Below are positions 25,492 to 34,555 of a stretch of 64,000 bases of DNA, piece after piece. A program made the position numbers and the translations under genes. Below the pieces are notes generated by a model. That model did no database searches, was not told where the DNA came from, and saw only the letters and a program-made list of their open reading frames with translations. The first letter of the stretch is position 1; each line of letters starts with the position of its first letter. This DNA is from a virus, in the IMG/VR virus record IMGVR_UViG_3300022699_000293, positions 1-64,000 of that record; one strand, given 5' to 3'.

Positions 25492-26589
25492 CTACTCACG
25501 GAGCCCCGCGCAACGTTCGATTCCTCTTAATTCACCTTTAAGAGCAATCTTAGTTTTGTCTGATGTCGCGCGGGATAAACGTTCCGCTACCCCTGCTAAG
25601 TATCCTTTTAGCTCTGTCTTGGATGCTGGTTTAATTTTAGCATCATCATACGCAACAGGAACACTTTTCTCAGGACGTCCACGTTTCTTAGTACCCTTAG
25701 AAGGTGTGTCTGTTTTACTGGATTTGGAAGATGTTTTCTTCGTTGTATCCTTTCTGTCAGAGCTGTCTTTTTCTTTGGCTTTTCTTTTAGCTTCTTTTTC
25801 TCGTTGTTTTTCTTCGTAACGATCAAGATATGTTATAGTTTTATCGTCCGCAGTTTGTGCATCTAATCCTTTATCGATCATTTGGTCAAATAGCTTATAA
25901 AAGAAGGCAGAATGTTCTTCAGCGTTTACTTTGCAAAGAACACGAGCTTGGGACATTGTAATTTGAGCTTTTTCAATAGCTTTTTGAACAGTGGTGTCTA
26001 AGTGTAGTAAAGCTAAATGTTGGGATACGTGTCCTTGCGACTTACCGTAAATTTGTGCGATGTCCCGATTGGAAATTCCATTTTCGCGGACTTCTTCGTA
26101 CATTCGAGCCATTTCCATAGGGTTGTGAGCTTCCCTAACAATATTAGCTACACCGCTGCGCACGTAAGATTGTGTGTCGTCTCCTTCTGCAAGGGTGATG
26201 TGAGCTTGTTTAACTCCCAACTCTTGAAGTGCCATGTAACGACGACGCCCGTCAATTAAAATGTATTTATCTTTTGCGGTTGGATGCTTTCTTACAACCA
26301 GAGCTACAATTTGTCCAACAGCTTTAATGGAAGTTACCAGAGAAGCTAAATTTCCAGGAGATTTGCGATTCCATTTTTCAGGCAATACGATTTGAGACAG
26401 GTTAACAACGTAGTTAGATTCTTTCTCATTCAAAGGATCGGGGAATTGCAAATCTGCTTTTTTCTTAGGTGCCTCTTTTTTGTTAGAAGTTTGTTTCTTT
26501 TTAGTCTTAGGCGCTGCTGTCTTCTTAGTGTTTTTCTTTTTTGTCGTTTTCTCAGTTTTGGTTTTTTGTTCTGATTTACTCTTACTCAT
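25492..26589 (-). CDS. parB: ParB/RepB/Spo0J-family protein
   Basis: SIK.VGQI..LVVR, LIDGRRRY.A, ANIVRE, HTH (NRDIAQIYGKSQGHVSQHL); Lys-rich termini; GAGGAGG RBS before ATG 26589. Confidence 0.8.
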   Translation of the reverse strand: MSKSKSEQKTKTEKTTKKKNTKKTAAPKTKKKQTSNKKEAPKKKADLQFPDPLNEKESNYVVNLSQIVLPEKWNRKSPGNLASLVTSIKAVGQIVALVVRKHPTAKDKYILIDGRRRYMALQELGVKQAHITLAEGDDTQSYVRSGVANIVREAHNPMEMARMYEEVRENGISNRDIAQIYGKSQGHVSQHLALLHLDTTVQKAIEKAQITMSQARVLCKVNAEEHSAFFYKLFDQMIDKGLDAQTADDKTITYLDRYEEKQREKEAKRKAKEKDSSDRKDTTKKTSSKSSKTDTPSKGTKKRGRPEKSVPVAYDDAKIKPASKTELKGYLAGVAERLSRATSDKTKIALKGELRGIERCAGLRE

Positions 26590-26676
26590 TGGAGGTACCT
26601 CCTCTTGATTGACTGGTGCTTGATTGCTATTTTTCGTTGCTTTCATTTTTGTTTTAGATCCTTTTTTTGAAAAGAA

Positions 26677-26907
26677 TTAATCGAAGTATTCTAATTCTTC
26701 TAGCAATGCTTGTTTCTGTATATTGTTAAGATTTAATTCTTCAGGAGCGTGGCCTTCTAAGATTTCTCCGAGAACATGGAAAAGTTCAGTTGATTGTAAG
26801 ATTAAACTATCCTCGTGGTTATAAACAATAAAATAAAGAGCTCGTATAATCCGCAATTTTTCTTCGGGAGACGTTTTGTCTAAGACTCGAAAGGTTGACT
26901 TCCGCAT
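26677..26907 (-). CDS. hypothetical protein (~76 aa)
   Basis: Start moved to ATG 26907 because the 5' part of the tracked ORF is occupied by the small Zn-ribbon gene. Confidence 0.5.
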   Translation of the reverse strand: MRKSTFRVLDKTSPEEKLRIIRALYFIVYNHEDSLILQSTELFHVLGEILEGHAPEELNLNNIQKQALLEELEYFD

Positions 26908-27050
26908 TGAGGACAAATTAGAACGCCTCCGGTTTTGTTTAGATTTTTTAATTTTTTTCCGCACGTGGGGCACTTCAATTCATCCGTTTTTTGCGCAGTT
27001 TTAGTTTTTTTTGTTTGACTCGAAACTTCATCTACTCCGTATTTTTCCAT
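26880..27050 (-). CDS. small zinc-ribbon protein, 56 aa (absent from the ORF track)
   Basis: Hand translation MEKYGVDEVSSQTKKTKTAQKTDELKCPTCGKKLKNLNKTGGVLICPQCGSQPFES*; ATG overlaps the upstream TAA (TAATG). Confidence 0.75.
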   Translation of the reverse strand: MEKYGVDEVSSQTKKTKTAQKTDELKCPTCGKKLKNLNKTGGVLICPQCGSQPFES

Positions 27051-27412
27051 TAGTCTTCAGATTCTTGCTTTGTAGTTTTTTTACGAGATACCCGGTGAAT
27101 ATCGTCTATTAAAGTATGCACGCGATTAAGGCAACCACTACGATTTCGTTTCTTAGTTTCGTCAGGCCCACAGAGAGTTGCCAAAGCTTTCACTTCCAAA
27201 TAACCGTTACCTTGAGCGTCTTCCTTTCGTGTTAAGGTAATTGCTTCGGGTAAAGGATCCTCAAAACTTTCTACAAGTTCTTTTATTTCTTCCACAATTC
27301 TTTTGACTGCATCCTCTTCTTCAATTTTTTGACGCATAAGTGCCGCGTCAGCAGGGATGGTTACGGTTTTTCCACAACGACTACAAACTTCATTCAATTC
27401 CATGGCGATCAC
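27050..27412 (-). CDS. hypothetical protein with N-terminal CxxC
   Basis: Coupled ORF; CSRCG. Confidence 0.65.
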   Translation of the reverse strand: MIAMELNEVCSRCGKTVTIPADAALMRQKIEEEDAVKRIVEEIKELVESFEDPLPEAITLTRKEDAQGNGYLEVKALATLCGPDETKKRNRSGCLNRVHTLIDDIHRVSRKKTTKQESED

Positions 27413-28644
27413 TCCTTTTCAAAAGTTGCTAAAGCCTCACATGTGTTGGGTCCGGGTATTCCATCAATTTTCAAAGTGTGTGCATCATCTGGTTGCTTCA
27501 TGTTATACATTGTTTGAAATTTAGCAACAATTTTTTTAGTTTCTGGTCCGAAACTATCATCCACGTTGACCGAGTATCCGTGCTGATTTAAGTAACGCTG
27601 TACTTCGGAGATACCAAGTATTTTTTGTTGTTCTTCGTTACTATCTTTATCATGTGTAGGAGCATCAGAGCTATGCCCGTATTCGGGACTATCCGCCAGA
27701 TACTGGGTTTCTAGATTCAACGTTTCTGCCTCAATATCAGTTAATACACCATCTTCCAAAGCTAAGTCATATTTGGAAAGTAATGAATATTGTTCTGGAG
27801 GAATAACATCGAACGCCGCATCGTTAACATCTTTGAAAGGCCATAAAGGTCCCATATCTAACTTATATTTGCTCCATTCTTGATGTTGGCTAAAACGTTC
27901 TCTTGGTAATTTACCAGGTAAAGCAGCTAAAATAATGCGTTTGAGTAAAATATTGAGACGTATTTGACTCGCTGTAAAGGGTTGTAAAACATCAGCATTT
28001 CTAAACTTATGCGGTAATCTCACAGGGGGCAAAGAGTCAACTAATTTAGAAGGCAAGGGTGCTGTATACTTGCGGGGCCAGTAACACCATTTTCCTCCGT
28101 GTTGCTTTAGCTTCCCTGCATTGACCATTTCGATACTAATAGAATCCTTGTTTCTAGCAGGTAAATGCCAAGCCCCATGAGACAATGGGATGATATAAAA
28201 AGGATATCCTTGATATCCTAAAACAAAATGTGTAGAAGCCCCATGGTAGCGAAGTCGTCCTTTACGTTTAGATTTTTTAGAACTGAACCAACTTAAGGTA
28301 GACCATTTAGATATACCTGCGGTGTAATGGTCAATCCACCACAAATATGCGTCATTCTCTAATCTATTTTTTGAAAATTGCTGTGTAGGGTAGTACTTTG
28401 CTAAAGCTGCTGAATACTCTTTAATACGTCGATGACTGTCGATGAATAGCGCATCTAATCCTTGTATTGCTTCAAAAGAATTTAATCGTTGGTCAGCAGC
28501 TTTAGAAAAAATTTCGCGAACTGTTTGACGTGCTTGTTCTGCTTGTGAATCGACTAATTTCCAAAAATCTTTTTTTGTGTATTGCGTAGTAAAATCGGTT
28601 ATTGAAATGTCCGTTTTGTTATGTATCATTTTGGCCCTCGACAC
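27409..28644 (-). CDS. N-acetylmuramoyl-L-alanine amidase (Amidase_2) with C-terminal peptidoglycan-binding domain
   Basis: HYTA, ASTHF, AWH, SISIEMVN, HQE..K.D.GP; VQRYL...GY...VD..FGPET, KIDGIPGPNT. Confidence 0.85.
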   Translation of the reverse strand: MSRAKMIHNKTDISITDFTTQYTKKDFWKLVDSQAEQARQTVREIFSKAADQRLNSFEAIQGLDALFIDSHRRIKEYSAALAKYYPTQQFSKNRLENDAYLWWIDHYTAGISKWSTLSWFSSKKSKRKGRLRYHGASTHFVLGYQGYPFYIIPLSHGAWHLPARNKDSISIEMVNAGKLKQHGGKWCYWPRKYTAPLPSKLVDSLPPVRLPHKFRNADVLQPFTASQIRLNILLKRIILAALPGKLPRERFSQHQEWSKYKLDMGPLWPFKDVNDAAFDVIPPEQYSLLSKYDLALEDGVLTDIEAETLNLETQYLADSPEYGHSSDAPTHDKDSNEEQQKILGISEVQRYLNQHGYSVNVDDSFGPETKKIVAKFQTMYNMKQPDDAHTLKIDGIPGPNTCEALATFEKE

Positions 28645-29483
28645 CTTTCATAGTACCCACAAAATTTAGAATCGCAACACCAATCTGTCGGATGGCAACG
28701 AGGAAATATTCCCCGTTTGATTAAATCTGCAGTTTCTTCGAAATCTTCAATTAAAAGTTTTGCATCTTGAGGAGTTCGCGTAGACCGTTCTTGGGTATAT
28801 TTTGGCCCCGTTTTTTGGTTAAGTAGAAAGTCAACACGTACGCGGGGTAGTCCTTTTACATGAGCATACAAAGTTAACTGCGTGTCTTTACGCAATTTCT
28901 TGGGTGCCCATTTACGTCCTGTAAACTTTAAATCAGAAACTATTTCTGTTACTAGCGGTCCTTCGCCAGGAACTAAAATGTCTTTATCTCGTTCTAACAA
29001 TATTTCATCAACTAGGTCTATAAAACCGATAACAGGAACATTTCCTATATTGACTGCAAAAGCTTCTTCTACTGTCTTAGGACGGATTAAAGGAACAGCT
29101 TGGGTATAGTAAACTTTGTAATGCGCAAGAATAGCATCTTTAATTACTCCAGGCGCGACATCTTCCCAATCTACAATTTGATCTTTTCTAAGTTCAAATT
29201 CGTCAGATACTATACTTTCTCCCTGCTCTAGAGGTAAGGGTTTTCCGTAATCTAAAGTATGTTGGTGTGTCTTTTCTGCACCTACATGCAATACAGAACC
29301 TTGAGTCATTGCTATGCCTGGAGGTTGTCTGATGTTTAAAATATATCTATACATGTATTGGCGCGGACACCTTTTATACATATTATATTGCGAGTGTGAG
29401 AAATATCCTTGACCCGGAAGTTTTAAATCTTTAAAATTTTCAGGAACTTTAATTTTTTTCCCATGAACATCGATTTCTGTCAT
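28626..29483 (-). CDS. second PD-(D/E)XK nuclease (RecB/Cas4-like)
   Basis: SHSQ...YKRCPRQY, G...H, GFIDL, SDLKF, QLTLY, C-terminal WCC...CGYYERC. Confidence 0.85.
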   Translation of the reverse strand: MTEIDVHGKKIKVPENFKDLKLPGQGYFSHSQYNMYKRCPRQYMYRYILNIRQPPGIAMTQGSVLHVGAEKTHQHTLDYGKPLPLEQGESIVSDEFELRKDQIVDWEDVAPGVIKDAILAHYKVYYTQAVPLIRPKTVEEAFAVNIGNVPVIGFIDLVDEILLERDKDILVPGEGPLVTEIVSDLKFTGRKWAPKKLRKDTQLTLYAHVKGLPRVRVDFLLNQKTGPKYTQERSTRTPQDAKLLIEDFEETADLIKRGIFPRCHPTDWCCDSKFCGYYERCRGPK

Positions 29484-29884
29484 AATTGTTCCTTCCCGTT
29501 TCGTGTAGGGGGTGGAGAAGCAGTAAATCGATTAGACGTTTGTGATGCTTTTTGTGACGGAATGGGGGAAGCATCTTGCATGAGTTCTTCATTTTGGCGT
29601 TGTAATTCTTCCATAGTTAGCGGAGAATCATCAGTACTTGGGAGAGATTCTGATTCGTCCTCAGCTTGCATAGTTTTCTTTGTTGCTTTTTCAGAATTTA
29701 AAATTTCTGTTTCCTTAGTTCCGACAAATTCATGTTTTCTTAAATATTGGGCTGCGTCCTCAATAATTGCTGAAATTTTATTATTGTCTATAACGCGTAT
29801 TCTCACTTTTTGTGCACCCTCAAAAATTCCTAACGTGTCTGCGATTAGTATGCGAATATCCTCTTCGGATAAGATGATATCCAT
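29480..29884 (-). CDS. hypothetical protein (134 aa)
   Basis: Coupled ORF, low-complexity C-terminus. Confidence 0.6.
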   Translation of the reverse strand: MDIILSEEDIRILIADTLGIFEGAQKVRIRVIDNNKISAIIEDAAQYLRKHEFVGTKETEILNSEKATKKTMQAEDESESLPSTDDSPLTMEELQRQNEELMQDASPIPSQKASQTSNRFTASPPPTRNGKEQL

Positions 29885-31950
29885 TACGCATCCTCCTTTG
29901 TATCTTCTTGCAGTTCAATGATTCCCGCACGTGTAGGTTGTTTTATTACATTTTTTTGTAAAATGCAATCATCACTCCAAGGTTCTATACCTTCTTTTAA
30001 ACATTTAGAATATCGTGAACAAATTAAACAATTGATATGTTGCGTTAGAGTGGATGCTATATCTTTTTTGGATCGCAAAGCACTTAATTGTTGTATTTCA
30101 ACAGTGTGCCTCCCGCATAAGATATACACTACGGTTTTTTCTTCCTGACCAATTCTATAATTACGATTTTGTGATTGTAACCAATTTTCTAATGACCAGT
30201 TACGTGAGTAGTAAATAGTATACTTAGCTGCTGTAAGAGTAATTGAAATACCTACAGATACTTGACCCAAAAATATGCGGCAACTTGGATCTGTTTGAAA
30301 CGTTGATTCCATTAGATACATTTGACTTGTATTTGTACCGTCAGCACGAACATACTTTAATTTTTTAGCTTGTAGTATTTTTTCTATATCGTCTAATTCA
30401 GCTATAAAATTAGCCCAAATAATAACTTTATTGTTAGGGGCGTTAAGGAGATTGTCTAAAAATTCATTCAGGAATTCTAATTTAGGGTTAGGGGAATAGC
30501 GAACAATTTCTCTAGATTGTTGGGTTAGTTGTGTTTTATTGTACACACATTTAGATGATCCTGGTTGGGTACCTCGAGCTATGCATTGACGTAGATACGG
30601 ACAATCATCACAAATGTCTGTAAGCTTATGAGTATCATAGTAAAAACCGCTACAAATCTGGAGAAGTTTAGACAAACAAATTGCATTATTTTGGATTTCT
30701 AAAGGATCGTGCAAATAACGAGTAATTGACATATCTGTTATAGCTTCGTTATAATCTTTACGCTGTTTTTGTGTCAAATCAAAATATAGAGGAACAAAAG
30801 TACGCTCAGGTAAGTCAACACAATCAGCCAATTTTTTTTGGTCAGAAACCCAAGACACTAATCGGTTTAATTCATCTAGCTTCTTATACCCGACAACTAT
30901 GGGTTTATTTTGATGTGCGTAAGCTATATGCTTACGACAAAATTTATCATATTGTGTAGGAAGTATATACGGAGCTAAAAACTTTAATTGAGGGTAAAGA
31001 TCACGAGGATCTCCTAAACTTAGAGTACCGCTAAGTAAGTATCGACGAGAAAATTTAGCGGCAAGCCGCATACAAACCTTAGTTCGTTGACTTTCAATTG
31101 TTTTTATACGGTGGGACTCATCGGCTACTATAATAGAAAATTCAGTTAACTGTGAAATCCATTGATATGAATCTCTTGTTAAATCTTTTACTTCTTCTTT
31201 AATGTCTTTAACTTCACGTCCTTTAATCCAATCATCCATTAATTGCGTTTGTTTCTTAGGATCATTAACCATACGCAGTGCACGAGTTAGGGAAATAGGT
31301 TCTTCACGTTGCTTCTTTTCTAGTACCAATTTTCGAGCTTGTCCAAAAACTGTAGGTATACCGTAACGACGTGCAGTATCATAAGATACTATTAGAAAAT
31401 CTTTTTGAGCACAATTATTGAGTATTTTCAATTTACGTTTGCGTGTTCCTGTCATGCCTACAGCTGAAAGAGTGCTATCAGTATGCTTTTCAACTTCTTT
31501 TAACCAGGTACCGATAGCTACAGGAGGACAAAGAACAAGAACTTTTTTACGGAGTAAATAAGCTAAATCGATTACAGGTTTAGTTTTTCCCGTACCCATT
31601 TCCCACTGCAAGATATACCTATAATTACACAGAAGTCTACCTAACCCTTCAGACTGATGCTGATAACTTTTGTAAGAACCTGGCAATGTTACGTTTCGAG
31701 CATAGTCAAACCATTCTTCTTCCGTGTGTTGGTTATCTAAATAATTTTGAGCTTCTGGGGAAAAGTCCAAATGTTTGTAGACTTCTTCCAAATCGTGTAG
31801 TACTCTATCTAAAAATGGAGGAAATGCTGGGTAGCGCCAAAATTCTTTAGATTTATCCAAGGATGCTCCAAAAATTTTACTACCCAATGTTTTAGGATTT
31901 TTTGTTATGAATACAGGAAGTTTGTTGATATATTCTAATTCAATTTTCAT
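29884..31950 (-). CDS. SNF2-family (SF2) helicase
   Basis: YQHQ, MGTGKT, ADESH, LSGT, KLLQICSG, KVIIWA.F, QSQNRNYRIGQ; start placed at ATG 31950. Confidence 0.9.
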   Translation of the reverse strand: MKIELEYINKLPVFITKNPKTLGSKIFGASLDKSKEFWRYPAFPPFLDRVLHDLEEVYKHLDFSPEAQNYLDNQHTEEEWFDYARNVTLPGSYKSYQHQSEGLGRLLCNYRYILQWEMGTGKTKPVIDLAYLLRKKVLVLCPPVAIGTWLKEVEKHTDSTLSAVGMTGTRKRKLKILNNCAQKDFLIVSYDTARRYGIPTVFGQARKLVLEKKQREEPISLTRALRMVNDPKKQTQLMDDWIKGREVKDIKEEVKDLTRDSYQWISQLTEFSIIVADESHRIKTIESQRTKVCMRLAAKFSRRYLLSGTLSLGDPRDLYPQLKFLAPYILPTQYDKFCRKHIAYAHQNKPIVVGYKKLDELNRLVSWVSDQKKLADCVDLPERTFVPLYFDLTQKQRKDYNEAITDMSITRYLHDPLEIQNNAICLSKLLQICSGFYYDTHKLTDICDDCPYLRQCIARGTQPGSSKCVYNKTQLTQQSREIVRYSPNPKLEFLNEFLDNLLNAPNNKVIIWANFIAELDDIEKILQAKKLKYVRADGTNTSQMYLMESTFQTDPSCRIFLGQVSVGISITLTAAKYTIYYSRNWSLENWLQSQNRNYRIGQEEKTVVYILCGRHTVEIQQLSALRSKKDIASTLTQHINCLICSRYSKCLKEGIEPWSDDCILQKNVIKQPTRAGIIELQEDTKEDA

Positions 31951-32003
31951 GAAATTTACCTTACACTTTGTTGAAGGTTGGATGGTTACAGGAGAGTAAG
32001 TAC

Positions 32004-33743
32004 ATGGCAAACGAATTTAATACTAGCGATCCCTACTTGTTTACAGGTCGTCGCAATGTAGCGCCACATAGTAATCCTTATCACAGCTATACACAAGTTT
32101 TTAGTCCAAGACGTTTAAAAGACTTGTTTAAATGGTGTGAGTTTTTATTTGCTAATTCTGCCCATATCTATGCTGCTTTGCGGAAATTTGGGGAATACCC
32201 TATTACTGAAATTTTATACGAAACAAATAATGAAACACTTAAAACCAAACATAAAAATATTTTAGAAAAAATTATACACATTCGTGAATTGCTTATTGAA
32301 ATGACCTTAGATAAATACGTGTATGGGAATGCTTTTCTTTCCATGTACCAACCATTTATCCGCTTTTTAAAATGTACTAAATGTCAAACATTGACGAACA
32401 TTCAAAATGTTAAATATGAGTATAATTACCAAGCAATGAAGTTCACGTATGAGTGTCCTGCGTGTCATAAAAAAGTCGTTGCTACAGAAAAACATATTAT
32501 AGATCGAAAAGTTTCGGTTAGTCGCAAAATTAATTTTATTCGATGGGATCCTAAAAAAATAGATATCGACCATAACCCCCTAACAGGAGCTTCAGTTTAT
32601 TATTACAATATTCCAGAATCTGTAAAAGAAAGCGTAAAAAAAGGACATAAGTTTTTAATAGACAGTATGCCTTTAGGCTTTTTGAAAGCAATAAAAGAAA
32701 AACAACAATTCAGATTTGCTCCTGGATATATTTTTCATATGAAGATAGGAGGTCCCGCAGGTATTAATCCGCAATGGGGACTGCCTCCGTTACTTTCGAC
32801 ATTACAATTGTTCCATTATACCGCTATTTTAAGAAAAGCTAACGAAGCTATTTCTCTGGATTATTTAACTCCTCTTCGTATTGTCCACCCAGCACCGCAA
32901 AGTGGTAACGCAGATCCTGTCACTACAATTAGTTTACAAGAGTGGCAACAAAACTTAAAAGGAAATATAAAGGATTGGAGACAAGATCCTTTACATATGA
33001 TGTTTGCACCTGTTCCTGTAGGAATGACGCAAGTAGGGGGACAAGGACGAGCATTATTAACTTTAGGAGAAGTGCAAGAAGCGGAAAAAAATATTGTAGC
33101 CGCTTTAGGAATTCCTCTAGAATTTCTTTACGGAGGCTTAACGCGAAGTGGTATGGAAGCTACTTTAAGATTAATAGAGAATCAATTAGAGACACACATT
33201 AGTGATTTGAATGACTGCATACAATGGATATCTGATAATTGTGCTAAGTTTTTGGGTTATGATAAAGTTTCTATGGAATTAGCCCCGTTCCGGATGATCG
33301 ACGACCAAACACAAAAGAATATTTCGTTACAATTATACCAAGCAGGACACCAACTAGGTCGGAAAATAATTTCGGAAAAAACCATAGCAGAACAGAACAA
33401 CTTGGATTTAGACAAAGAAGAAGATCGCATCAAACAAGAAGAGCTGGATGCTGTGCGGCGTGATGCAGAATTGCAAATCGAGATAAGTAAGCTACAAAAC
33501 AACATGGCAAATCGAATTAGGCAAGAAACCCAACAAAGCGAAATGGCTATGGGTGGTGGTGGTGCTCCTACAGGTTATAACCAACAACAAGTAATTGCAC
33601 AAGCTGATCAACTTGTAGCACAATGGGCACAAATGGAAGAAGGGAGACGTAAAAGTATGATGGATTCTTTAATGAAAGAAGACTTCGTGTTGTACTCTGT
33701 AGCTATGCAACGTTGGGAAGACTTTGAACAACAACAACAATAA
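32004..33743 (+). CDS. putative portal protein with Zn-ribbon insertion
   Basis: YVYGNAF, WDP..I, WGLPPL, IVAALGIPLEFL portal-like motifs; size and position; GGAGAG RBS before ATG 32004. Confidence 0.6.
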   Translation: MANEFNTSDPYLFTGRRNVAPHSNPYHSYTQVFSPRRLKDLFKWCEFLFANSAHIYAALRKFGEYPITEILYETNNETLKTKHKNILEKIIHIRELLIEMTLDKYVYGNAFLSMYQPFIRFLKCTKCQTLTNIQNVKYEYNYQAMKFTYECPACHKKVVATEKHIIDRKVSVSRKINFIRWDPKKIDIDHNPLTGASVYYYNIPESVKESVKKGHKFLIDSMPLGFLKAIKEKQQFRFAPGYIFHMKIGGPAGINPQWGLPPLLSTLQLFHYTAILRKANEAISLDYLTPLRIVHPAPQSGNADPVTTISLQEWQQNLKGNIKDWRQDPLHMMFAPVPVGMTQVGGQGRALLTLGEVQEAEKNIVAALGIPLEFLYGGLTRSGMEATLRLIENQLETHISDLNDCIQWISDNCAKFLGYDKVSMELAPFRMIDDQTQKNISLQLYQAGHQLGRKIISEKTIAEQNNLDLDKEEDRIKQEELDAVRRDAELQIEISKLQNNMANRIRQETQQSEMAMGGGGAPTGYNQQQVIAQADQLVAQWAQMEEGRRKSMMDSLMKEDFVLYSVAMQRWEDFEQQQQ

Positions 33744-33763
33744 TAAAGTTAAAAGGCAAGTAC

Positions 33764-34333
33764 ATGGTTAAGGACACACGACAAGATTCAACTTTTGCAA
33801 CTTTGGTTCAATCAGCAAGAGACAAACCTCCTCGCATGTCTCAAGAAACAGAGATTCCTTCTTTATTTTCGCCACCATCCGACGATTCTTCAAAAGATTC
33901 GTTTGTAGCTAAAGAATTAACAAACAATAAACCTGGACGACAAATACGTCTTGTAAGTTTTACGCGTACTTTTGTATTGTGGCGTCCTTGGGAAAAATGT
34001 TCTCGATGTTTGGAAATGTTAAAACAGGGAGAAATAGAATTACCTTCAATAGGGGATATGACTTGCCCCCATGTACAGCTTGCGGAGTATAAAGAAATTA
34101 AAGATGCTGTTCTCAGAGGTGACGGTATTAAAGAATTTGAAGAATACTTTCAATTACATGACGGTACTCGATGTGTTCAATTTTCTTGGTTGGAAGCTGA
34201 TCCAGAATTTTTAGAAAAAATGAAAAAAGAAGCTCAAAAAAACAAGGATAGCGTGTACCCACCAAACCCTGAAAAAGTTTTTAACCAAAAAGAGGAGGAG
34301 ACTCCGAATAATGATTCTGAAGTCTCCTCCTGA
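33764..34333 (+). CDS. hypothetical protein (189 aa)
   Basis: ORF after portal; CSRC...CPH. Confidence 0.65.
   Translation: MVKDTRQDSTFATLVQSARDKPPRMSQETEIPSLFSPPSDDSSKDSFVAKELTNNKPGRQIRLVSFTRTFVLWRPWEKCSRCLEMLKQGEIELPSIGDMTCPHVQLAEYKEIKDAVLRGDGIKEFEEYFQLHDGTRCVQFSWLEADPEFLEKMKKEAQKNKDSVYPPNPEKVFNQKEEETPNNDSEVSS
34287..34331 (-). terminator. intrinsic terminator-like hairpin oriented for a minus-strand transcript
   Basis: AGGAGGAGACT (34293-34303) / AGTCTCCTCCT (34321-34331); the minus strand continues CTTTTT. Confidence 0.55.
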
Positions 34334-34483
34334 CGGTTCTGGGGTGAGTTTGTCGACGGTTCTTAGGGATTTTTCAGACTACTTAAATAGTCTGAAGAAT
34401 TCCCACAGGAGTTCGACAATCACCCCAGGCTTTTCGCCAGCATTCCCATTTTTATCCTCCTTGTAAAAAGCCGTCTACCGTCA
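34331..34483. ncRNA. candidate structured non-coding element with a 90-nt hairpin
   Basis: Nested inverted repeats CTGGGGTGA/TCACCCCAG, TTGTCGA/TCGACAA, TTCAGACTA/TAGTCTGAA (34339-34428); GGCTTTT/AAAAGCC; outer TGACGGT/ACCGTCA. Confidence 0.55.
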
Positions 34484-34555
34484 TCTTCTTTTACCAAAAT
34501 GTCTTTTCGAATCTGAAAGAATGTTCTATACTTGAACCGTTCAGAAGGAGAGCAA

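Noticed and set aside
34400-34460. Selenocysteine/readthrough or toxin peptide from the minus-strand RBS-ATG (MGMLAKSLG-TGA)
   Set aside because: Readthrough gives only a short unremarkable peptide, and TGA is a normal stop elsewhere in the window; kept only as part of the structured-element finding
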